A DNA stretch of 64,000 nucleotides from Thermodesulfovibrionia bacterium (GTDB lineage Bacteria; Nitrospirota; Thermodesulfovibrionia; UBA6902): contig CAMYND010000004.1 in assembly GCA_947259645.1 (NCBI GenBank), positions 698-64,697 of the forward strand. Reading direction: 5' to 3'. Shown piece by piece: positions 1-8,076 of the stretch (position 1 is its first letter; the number at the start of each line of letters is the position of its first letter). Both the position numbers and the translations under genes were made by a program. Under the pieces are notes generated by a model. That model saw nothing but the letters and a program-made list of their open reading frames with translations. It ran no database searches and had not been told where the DNA came from.

Positions 1-335
1 ACAAGTCATTTATTGATGCCTTAAAGGGTGCATATCCATTAGCCAAACAGCCTCGTCCGGATGCAATGCGTGTTCGGGTTGCTATCCTCAATGTAGTTCC
101 ATCAATACAGGATGATTCGTCTAATGTTCCCGTAAGTTTAGGAGGGGCCTCGATGAGAGCGGAATTTCTTGATTCAATGACGAATGAAAGGCTCGGCGCA
201 GTGATGGACACAAAACTGGGTTATAAAAACAAAGCTCTGAAAACAGGGGACGAGTGGGAGCAAACAAAAGATGTCTTTAAATTCTGGGCATACAGACTGC
301 GGAACTGGCTAGATACAACCCATGGGAAAAAATAG
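1..335 (+). CDS. C-terminal part of a DUF3313-like envelope (lipo)protein; the 5' end lies outside the window
   Basis: The frame is open from base 3 with no stop until 333-335, so the ORF-track entry 66..335 is only the internal-Met part. The tail '...GGASMRAEFLDSMTNERLGAVMD...FKFWAYRLRNWLD' resembles DUF3313 proteins from memory. Confidence 0.45.
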   Translation, partial: KSFIDALKGAYPLAKQPRPDAMRVRVAILNVVPSIQDDSSNVPVSLGGASMRAEFLDSMTNERLGAVMDTKLGYKNKALKTGDEWEQTKDVFKFWAYRLRNWLDTTHGKK

Positions 336-368
336 ATTGTGCTTTTTTAAAGTAACAGGAGAATAAAC

Positions 369-714
369 ATGAATAAATTGATTGGCATCCTCGTCGTAAC
401 ACTTATAAGCTTACTACCCTATCAGCTTGCAGCTGCTGATACTGAAGAATCATCGGCATTACTTTGTGCTGTAATTGAGGTCTTTGAGTGCAGCCTCGAT
501 AATGACTGTTCCGACTTTGCCCGAAGGAAGCGAAGAAAAGAGGGAATCTTTAATTAAGAACATTGAACGTAATAGCGAAACTATCATTCTACAGGGAATA
601 GAACATGGCCGTGCCTGGAGCATTGCAATTTCTGAGGACACAGGGAAAATGACAGGGACTGCCTCTGAAGGTGAGGGAGGATTCGTTGTATTCGGGGCAT
701 GCGTACTGGATTAG
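369..714 (+). pseudogene. Small secreted protein apparently split by a +1 frameshift (ORFs 369..557 and 475..714)
   Basis: ORF1 has a signal peptide (MNKLIGILVVTLISLLPYQLAAA) and stops at 555-557. ORF2 overlaps it in the next frame and continues to 714 with no start or RBS context of its own. Joined, they would give a Cys-containing protein of about 115 aa. Confidence 0.35.
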
Positions 715-751
715 GAATTTTTTGTAAATCAGGTCAGATGGAGGCAGCGCT

Positions 752-1360
752 ATGAAAAGTAATAAAAAATGTTTTTTGGCCCTCTCTTTAATTGTTGCCC
801 TCACGATTATTTCATGTGCTTCAACATCATTGACCTCTGTATGGAAAGACGACAATTATCAGGGTAACATCAAAAATGTCTTAATTATAGGGATAAGCAA
901 GGAGGTTGCTAAAAAAAGATATTTTGAGGATGAGTTTGCCAGGCAACTGGAAGCTTATGGAGTCCGTGCAGTTGCGAGCTATAAATATTTCCCTTCCGAG
1001 GAAATGTTGCCGATAGATGCTGTTGTATCTAAAGTCGGAGAGATGAATATCGATGCCGTTCTTATTACAAGAGTAGTTGATAAAAAAATAGTGGAGACCT
1101 ATGTTGGAAGAGCGGATTACTATAGGCCGCCAAATTATCATCGTGGCTGGAGAAACTATTATACAAAGAGTTATAACCAGGGGTATGTGGTTAAAGATGA
1201 AGTCGTTGTTCTTGAAACGAACTTGTATGATGCAGAAACTGAGAAAATCATCTGGTCAGCTATGTCCGAGACGTTTAAAAATGGGGCTGAAGAGGGATTG
1301 ATTAAGGAATATGTCGGGCTTTTAATAAAAAATATGTCTGAAAAAGGGCTTCTTAAATAA
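752..1360 (+). CDS. Lipoprotein of unknown function (DUF4136-like)
   Basis: 202-aa ORF. A signal peptide with lipobox (LTIISC) follows the start, and the sequence has no other hydrophobic segments. The family assignment is from memory only. Confidence 0.6.
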   Translation: MKSNKKCFLALSLIVALTIISCASTSLTSVWKDDNYQGNIKNVLIIGISKEVAKKRYFEDEFARQLEAYGVRAVASYKYFPSEEMLPIDAVVSKVGEMNIDAVLITRVVDKKIVETYVGRADYYRPPNYHRGWRNYYTKSYNQGYVVKDEVVVLETNLYDAETEKIIWSAMSETFKNGAEEGLIKEYVGLLIKNMSEKGLLK

Positions 1361-1441
1361 ATCTGAAAAGAAAATACTACTGTGAAGGTCCTGTTCTTAG
1401 ATACTCAATAGGGTAATGGCAGAATTGAAAAGGAGAGCAGC

Positions 1442-2237
1442 ATGAAAAAATCAGGAATAATAATTGTTTTAATTTTAGTGGTAGCAGTTTTAATGGGATG
1501 CGCACACACTAACGGCAGCAGTACAAAGGTGTCCGCTTCACCGGTGCTCGATCGAATATTACAAAGAGGTGAACTTGTTATGGGTACAGCAGGCAGCATG
1601 CCTCCCCTTAATATGACAACTAAAGATGGAAAAGTAATAGGCCTTGAGCCTGACATAGCGAAAGCCATTGCTAATGCTATGGGTGTAAACCTGAGACTTA
1701 AGCCCATGCCATTTTCTGAGTTGCTGCAGTCACTTGAAAATGGTGACGTTGATATGATTATGTCCGGGATGACAATCACGTCCAGACGAAACCTGAAAGT
1801 AGCTTTTGTTAACGAAAATAAAAACAATAGCTGATACAGATGACGCTGCGGTAATAAACAGTCCGAATACTAAACTTGCAGCACTGAAAGGCTCAACAAG
1901 TCAGCTCTTTGTCGAAACAGTGCTTTATAACACTACGCTTGTGCCTGTCAGTGATTATGATGAAGGTGTTGATATGGTTATTCGCGATGAAGTCCATGCC
2001 CTGGTAGCAGATTATCCCATATGTATAATATCAGTTGTTCGCTATCCGGACAAAGGATTAATGTCCGTAAATACTCCATTAACATATGAGCCGTTGGGAA
2101 TAGCCCTCCCTGCAAATGATCCGCACCTTATCAATTGGATGGACAATTATCTCAACTCACTCATGGGAAGCGGGGCATTAGAAGAGCTGAAAAAGCGCTG
2201 GTTTAAGGATAGTTCCTGGTTGAATAAATTACCTTAG
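1442..2237 (+). pseudogene. Family-3 (amino-acid type) solute-binding lipoprotein, frameshifted
   Basis: ORF 1442..1834 carries a lipobox (LMGC) and SBP_bac_3 N-lobe motifs (GLEPDIAKAIANAMGV, DMIMSGMTITSRRN). ORF 1806..2237, in another frame, supplies the rest (ALVADYPICI, YEPLGIALP, LKKRWF). The break falls in the A-rich tract gaaaataaaaacaatag. Confidence 0.6.
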
Positions 2238-2288
2238 CGAAACAAATGGTTTGAAATTGACCAGTGAAATGGCAGAAAGGAGATTAAA

Positions 2289-2597
2289 GTGAAATTAGCT
2301 CTAGTCACTATACTGTGCATGGTTTTATTAATCACTCTTGAAACAGCATATGCCTGTTCTGTTCTGAATAAGCAGAAGGCCAAACTGGGTGTGAGTAAAG
2401 GTTTCCGGGGGGAATGTTCAAATAATGGAACGGAAATAACCTGCGTATTGGAGCAGGGGGCATGGGTGAACTGTTCTGGTATCGGAGGATCCCGTTCTGG
2501 CTCTAACCTGAACTCTCTGATTTTCTCAATCTGCCGCTGTACTGCGCAGGAAGAAAGACAGAAAAAATTGGAAGATCAGATGTTTATTGATCGATAG
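2289..2597 (+). CDS. Small secreted Cys-rich hypothetical protein
   Basis: GTG start preceded by aggag. It has a signal peptide and 6 Cys in the mature part. I recognise no family. Confidence 0.45.
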   Translation: MKLALVTILCMVLLITLETAYACSVLNKQKAKLGVSKGFRGECSNNGTEITCVLEQGAWVNCSGIGGSRSGSNLNSLIFSICRCTAQEERQKKLEDQMFIDR

Positions 2598-2637
2598 GAC
2601 TTACTAAGGTTATCTTTGATAATCCGAGGGAGGATAG

Positions 2638-4050
2638 ATGCACCGGAAGAATGCAGTCCTGGCTGGAGTAATAGCGCTGCTGGTCATATATTTAGCTTTG
2701 TCAATTCCCGGAGGTAATGCCCCTCAGACAGTTGGAGCTGGCAATACGTCATTTGCGTGGGACCAGGACCAGATGTGGGAGTCGCTGGAAGCCGGGTTCA
2801 GGGAAGCCCGTGCTGCCGGGTGTACCTCAGTAAATCCTCAGGTCAGTAAAGGCCTTCTGGAAGGAAGGCGGCATCTTACGATGTTAGCCGGGCGGGAGTT
2901 GGACCCTTCTGACACTCTTTTTGACAATATAGAAGCGAATCTCTTCGGGCTGGGCCCCCCTGTTGCAGCGTGCCCTGAAAATTTAGCAGAATACAGCAGC
3001 CTCGTTACCTCATTGAGAGATGAGGTCAAGCTGCTGTCAAGATTCTGGGATGTCCGCGACAGGATGGTACGCGACCGCCTGTACCGTCTTCTTTATGGAG
3101 GGAGGGCCGCACTTGAGGAAGTTATGCTGCAGGCGCCGGATGATTCATCTCCTGCAATCCTGAATGGGACGCAGGAGGCCCCCACTTCTGCCCTGATTGC
3201 GCGGGGCAATGATTATCCGGGAAACTTCTCCCACATAGCGCTCCTCTACGTTGATGAGGAAACAGGCACCCCGAGTGTTATTGAAGCACACATCGAGCAG
3301 GGCGTGGTCATTTCATCACTCGAGGAATATTTAAAGGATGTGAAACTGCGTATTATGGTTCTCCGGGTACGGTCAGATCATCCGCTTTTGATACATGACC
3401 CCATGCTTCCCCATCGTGCTGCGAAAATGGCCTATGATGAGGCAGGGATGCAGCATATCCCCTATGACTTTGAAATGGATTATCATGAGCCCACGAAAAG
3501 ATTCTGTTCTGAGGTAGCATCGCATGCGTATGCCTCCTTCGGGGTAACCCTCTGGAACATTATTACAACCATGTCGTCGCCCGGTGTAGTGGACTGGCTG
3601 GGAGATTTCGGCGTCCGAAGTTTTACAACTCAGGCCCCTGCTGATCTGGAGTATGATCCCCAGCTTGTTGTGGTTGCTGAGTGGCGGGACAGGGAGGCAC
3701 TCTGGGACGATCACGTGGATAATGCCATCATCGAGGTCATGCTGGAAGGAGCTGATAAGGGTGACCGTATCTCCTATGACTGGTATCTCCTAGCGCCGGC
3801 GCGGCTTCTTAAAGCATATAGTGCGGTGCTGAACCGCCTGGGCATAGTGGGCCCGGTACCTGAAGGAATGAGTGCTGTGAGTGCCGTGAAAAGCCAGTGG
3901 CTGGATAAAATGCATAAGCATACAAAACAAAAGGTCCTGGCAGCTGCCGAGTCATTTGAGAATGAAAACGGATACCGCCCTCCCTACTGGGACCTGGTGA
4001 ATATAACCCGGGATGTATATGACTTCCATAGGAGACAGAAGCGGCTATGA
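2638..4050 (+). CDS. Membrane-anchored protein with a C-terminal YiiX/YaeF-like permuted papain-fold (NlpC/P60 superfamily) domain
   Basis: 470 aa with an N-terminal TM helix (AVLAGVIALLVIYLALSI). 'NFSHIALLYVDEETG...VIEAHIEQGVV' and 'RFCSEVASHAY' resemble the His and Cys regions of the C92/DUF830 family. The stop overlaps the next gene's ATG (ATGA at 4047-4050). Confidence 0.5.
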   Translation: MHRKNAVLAGVIALLVIYLALSIPGGNAPQTVGAGNTSFAWDQDQMWESLEAGFREARAAGCTSVNPQVSKGLLEGRRHLTMLAGRELDPSDTLFDNIEANLFGLGPPVAACPENLAEYSSLVTSLRDEVKLLSRFWDVRDRMVRDRLYRLLYGGRAALEEVMLQAPDDSSPAILNGTQEAPTSALIARGNDYPGNFSHIALLYVDEETGTPSVIEAHIEQGVVISSLEEYLKDVKLRIMVLRVRSDHPLLIHDPMLPHRAAKMAYDEAGMQHIPYDFEMDYHEPTKRFCSEVASHAYASFGVTLWNIITTMSSPGVVDWLGDFGVRSFTTQAPADLEYDPQLVVVAEWRDREALWDDHVDNAIIEVMLEGADKGDRISYDWYLLAPARLLKAYSAVLNRLGIVGPVPEGMSAVSAVKSQWLDKMHKHTKQKVLAAAESFENENGYRPPYWDLVNITRDVYDFHRRQKRL

Positions 4051-6350
4051 TCCCGCCAATGTTCAGAAACTATGAATGGGGGAATACCATGAATGACCAG
4101 AAGACTTTCTTCAGATGTGATGAAGTACAAAATACTATTCCCGGGAAGATGCTCGTCGCCTTCTTCATCATCATCTTAGCCATTGCGGGATGGACATGCC
4201 CGGTTAGTGCAGCATCTTCAGCACCGAAAAAGCCGGACCGTCCTAAAATCGGTCTTGTACTCGGCGGCGGAGGAGCTAAAGGTGCCGCACATATCGGGGT
4301 ATTGAAAGTGTTGGAGGAGCTGAAGGTCCCGATTGACTACATTGCGGGCACAAGCATGGGTGCTATCGTTGGAGCCCTCTATGCATCGGGCTTTGCTGCC
4401 GATGAAATCGAAACTATTATTACCTCAATTGACTGGGCCGATGTCTTTTCAGGAAATCCTGCGCGCAAGGATATTGACTTCCACAGGAAGCGTGAGGACT
4501 TTGAAATTCTCTCCGGCCTTACGCTTGGAGTAAAAGATGGCAAGATACGCCTTCCCAAGGGTCTTGTTAAAGATCAGAAGGCGAATGTTCTCTTCGAGGT
4601 TATGATGCTCCATACTGTAGAGATTGATGATTTTGACAAGCTTACGATCCCCTTTCGTGCAGTGGCGACTGATCTTGAAACAGGAGAGGTTGTTGTACTT
4701 AGAAAAGGGCGTCTCGCTGATGCGGCACGGGCAAGTATGTCGGTGCCTGGTGTCTTCCCACCTATTGAACTGAACGGCCGCATACTTATCGACGGCGGCA
4801 TTGTCCGGAACGTACCTGTAGATATCGTACGCGATATGGGCGCAGACGTCATTATCTGTATTGATGTGGGAAAACCAATGAAAACTCGTAAGGACCTTGA
4901 AGGGCCACTTGCGATCATGAACCAGATGATTGACATCATGATGAAAAAGAATATCAAAGCACAGATCGACAGCCTTGGTTCGAAGGATACATACATTAAC
5001 CCCAAGCTTGGTAAACTCGACTCCGGAGATTTTGACAAGGCCGCTGAGATCGCCGATATCGGGGAAAAAGCTGCTCGTGAAAATATTGATGCGCTCTCAA
5101 AATATTCTGTTTCGGATGCCGAATACGCCGCGTTTACTAAAAACCATCACCGGGACCGGATAAAAGAGGTGAAGATCGCTTCAGTCAAGATCGATATGGA
5201 GGGAGAAAGCGGAATTCCTCCTGGGATGGTGGCGAGCAGACTTGAGGTCAAAGAAGGCGATACCGTTGATCTAGAGGATTTGCAGAACAACGCGGGACGG
5301 GTCTATGGCTTGGAAGATTTCGAACGTGTTGATTTAAATATGAGAAGAGAGAGAGACGGATATGACCTCGTTGTGAAAGCAAAGGAAAAGGAATGGGGAC
5401 CGAATTATCTTCGATTTGGTATGGCACTGGAGAGCGACTTCGAAGGGGCAAGCAGCTACAATATCCTTGTTGATTACACAAGGCGGTGGATAAACTCTCT
5501 TGGGGGTGAATGGAAAACCCAGATTGATATCGGCTCTCCCAGCGGCATTTACTCGGAATTCTATCAGCCGTTGACAGCAAGCAGGCTGTTTTTCATAGAC
5601 CCGCATGTTCAATGGAAACAGAGAAACGTAGCTATCTATAATGACAACGACAGGAGCGCAGAGTACCGGGTATCCGGATATGAACTCGGACTTGATGTTG
5701 GAATCCAGCCGTGGATGTATGGTGAGGCAAGGGTCGGGCTCCTCTTTGGCAGGGACAGGGCATCATTGAGGACAGGAAGCTTTGATCTGCCCGGTGAAAG
5801 GTTCGACAGGAGAGGCATTATCGTACGGGCAGCACTTGACCAGCTTGACAATGTGAATTTCCCCAATGACGGGTATTTCGCGCGGATCAACTATTTTTCC
5901 TCCATAGAGGATATGGGCTCAGATCAAAGTTACAATAAAATCGAAGGGTCAGTCCTGGGTGCATTCACCTATAAAAAGCAGACCGTTCTTGCGAGTTTCA
6001 AGGGAGGTTCACATTTCGGCGGAGACCTCCCTTTCTATGATGAGCTGCAACTGGGTGGGTTTCTCGACCTTTCGGGTCTCCATGAAAATCAGCTCCGCGG
6101 GCAGTATATGGCCCTTGGCAAGATTGTCACCTACCACAAAGTCGGCACGTCCTTTATCGGTGATTTCTATCTGGGTGGGTCGTTGGAAACAGGAAATGTA
6201 TGGCAGGAGGATTTCGATTTTGATGATCTTCAGTTAGCCGGGAGTGTCTTTTTGGGGTACGATACGATTCTGGGGCCGCTCTACCTTGGGTTAGGATATG
6301 TAGATCAGGGACAGGCTGCGGGTTATTTCTATCTTGGAAGGACGTTTTAA
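4047..6350 (+). CDS. Patatin-like phospholipase fused to POTRA plus an Omp85-type beta-barrel (PlpD-like type Vd autotransporter)
   Basis: It has the oxyanion motif GGGGAKGAAHIGV, the nucleophile motif GTSMGA and the catalytic DGG (LIDGGIVRNVP). A POTRA-like segment (IASVKIDMEGESGIPP...VDLNM) and a beta-rich C-terminus ending in ...YFYLGRTF follow. The start may instead be Met15 (4089). Confidence 0.85.
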   Translation: MIPPMFRNYEWGNTMNDQKTFFRCDEVQNTIPGKMLVAFFIIILAIAGWTCPVSAASSAPKKPDRPKIGLVLGGGGAKGAAHIGVLKVLEELKVPIDYIAGTSMGAIVGALYASGFAADEIETIITSIDWADVFSGNPARKDIDFHRKREDFEILSGLTLGVKDGKIRLPKGLVKDQKANVLFEVMMLHTVEIDDFDKLTIPFRAVATDLETGEVVVLRKGRLADAARASMSVPGVFPPIELNGRILIDGGIVRNVPVDIVRDMGADVIICIDVGKPMKTRKDLEGPLAIMNQMIDIMMKKNIKAQIDSLGSKDTYINPKLGKLDSGDFDKAAEIADIGEKAARENIDALSKYSVSDAEYAAFTKNHHRDRIKEVKIASVKIDMEGESGIPPGMVASRLEVKEGDTVDLEDLQNNAGRVYGLEDFERVDLNMRRERDGYDLVVKAKEKEWGPNYLRFGMALESDFEGASSYNILVDYTRRWINSLGGEWKTQIDIGSPSGIYSEFYQPLTASRLFFIDPHVQWKQRNVAIYNDNDRSAEYRVSGYELGLDVGIQPWMYGEARVGLLFGRDRASLRTGSFDLPGERFDRRGIIVRAALDQLDNVNFPNDGYFARINYFSSIEDMGSDQSYNKIEGSVLGAFTYKKQTVLASFKGGSHFGGDLPFYDELQLGGFLDLSGLHENQLRGQYMALGKIVTYHKVGTSFIGDFYLGGSLETGNVWQEDFDFDDLQLAGSVFLGYDTILGPLYLGLGYVDQGQAAGYFYLGRTF

Positions 6351-6390
6351 TCCAGACATCAAGAATTATATATAAAGGAGACACGTTGTT

Positions 6391-7191
6391 ATGTGGAAAA
6401 TAATTATTAGACCGGCCTTTGCTATGTTGACAATGTTCATCTTCAGTAGTTGTGCGACAACTGAACATACTCCAGCTGTTGAATCGCGTCAGCAAAAGCT
6501 GCTTCGTGTCGGAGTGACGCTCAATTATCCCCCCGTAATTTTTAAGCAGGGTGGAAAAATTGCAGGTGTTGAAGCTGATCTGGCACGCTTGCTTGCTGCG
6601 AAACTTGGCAAGTCAGTCAAATTTGTAGAATTACGATGGGACGATCAGATTCCATCCCTTATGGAAGGCAGAACCGATATTATTATGTCGGGCATGAGTA
6701 TCACACGGGCAAGAAGTGTGCGGATTAAGTTTACTGATCACTACCTGAAAAGCGGTCTTGTGGCCATGATGCGTATCGAAGATTCCCAGACATACAATTC
6801 AATTGAAAATGTTATACAGAGTTCTTCAAATGTCGGAGTAGTCGCAGGCACAACGAGTGATGTATTTGTAAGAAAAAATTTCCCAAATGTGTTCGATATT
6901 ATCGCATTACAGGAGGCGGATGACGCACCTGCCGCACTTGACAGAAGATCAATTGATATTTTTGTGCATGATGCTCCGTCCATTATCTGGCTTGTCTCAG
7001 AGAATGAATCGGATATTTCGGGCCTATGGGAGCCTTTAAACGAAGAATATCTTGCATGGGGAGTACGTCGGGGCAACGAGGAACTTTTCATGAAGGTCAA
7101 CACAATTCTCAGCGATTGGAAGAAAGACGGAACATTGCATAAAACCCTCCTGAACTGGATTCCCTCACAATATTTTGATCGAATTAAATGA
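6391..7191 (+). CDS. Family-3 solute-binding lipoprotein (amino-acid ABC type); no permease or ATPase gene is adjacent
   Basis: Lipobox FSSC and SBP_bac_3 motifs (GVEADLARLLAAKLG, DIIMSGMSITRAR, LAWGVRRGN). Confidence 0.8.
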   Translation: MWKIIIRPAFAMLTMFIFSSCATTEHTPAVESRQQKLLRVGVTLNYPPVIFKQGGKIAGVEADLARLLAAKLGKSVKFVELRWDDQIPSLMEGRTDIIMSGMSITRARSVRIKFTDHYLKSGLVAMMRIEDSQTYNSIENVIQSSSNVGVVAGTTSDVFVRKNFPNVFDIIALQEADDAPAALDRRSIDIFVHDAPSIIWLVSENESDISGLWEPLNEEYLAWGVRRGNEELFMKVNTILSDWKKDGTLHKTLLNWIPSQYFDRIK

Positions 7192-7706
7192 AACCCCCGG
7201 GATAACCAGAGAAGAGAATGGGCATGGATATTGAACAAGATTCTATTTTAAAGAACTTTGAGGACTCTCATAGTGTGCTGGCGACAACTACTTCAGACTG
7301 TAGTGGAATGTAAATTGTACCAGAATGCATCGGAATGGACAGAATATATGGGAACGGATAGGATAGGGCAGAATCCCGTGAAGTTATAAAAATCATCAAG
7401 TTAACAAAAAACTCAGGCCAGAGGCCAACTTACGAGTTATCTCTCTTTCGACTTCCTAATCCTGTTGTCGCGTGTTAGATCAGCACAGTAAGCGCCATTT
7501 TTGCAAAATGTTAGGCTATATTATCTAGAAATAGCATTAAGTCAAAATCTTCGATTGTACCAAAATTGTACCAGGTCTCAGTAGCTATTCGCTTGAATTA
7601 ACTTACTCAGGTAACGTCAACAGAATTATTTCTTCTGTGCTTTTATTAATTGTATATATTCTATTCATTATTAGATCGCCATTTGTACCCTTAATCATCC
7701 CAGACT

Positions 7707-8057
7707 ATGTGCAAGAATTGTAATTGCGCCCAGCAGCTACTTGCTTATCGGGACCTTCTCCAGGCCTCTTCACTATTTTATTGGGCATGCGAAGCACGAA
7801 ACAGCAGTGCGGAAATCGACTATGTTATTCCATATTGTTCATCTGCTTTGCCAATTGAACTTAAGGCAGGTAAAACAGACACGTTACGAAATATGCACAT
7901 ATATCTTGAGAAGTATCATTTGCCTGCAGGCATAAGAATTTCTCAGCTGTTTTTCAATAATTCACTGCCAATTGTTTCTTTACCGTTCTATTCGATAAAA
8001 AAGATTTCTCAATCTTCTCCTGAGATGGCTTCCTACTCAAAATCTGGAAAGCTATAA
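7707..8057 (+). pseudogene. C-terminal remnant of a DUF4143-containing AAA ATPase
   Basis: '...QQLLAYRDLL..SLFYWACEARNSSAEIDYVIPY..ALPIELKAGKTDTLRNMHIYLEKY..AGIRIS' matches the C-terminal DUF4143 module (YWR..AEVDFVI..IPIEVKSGK). The roughly 300-aa AAA part that should precede it is missing, and the upstream 500 bp has no ORF. Confidence 0.55.
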
Positions 8058-8076
8058 GTAGACTGAAAAAAACAAT

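Noticed and set aside
7219-7311. A 30-codon ORF (MGMDIEQDSILKNFEDSHSVLATTTSDCSGM) just after the SBP gene.
   Set aside because: It is too short, has no RBS and shows no recognisable similarity. It sits in a decayed, gene-poor interval.
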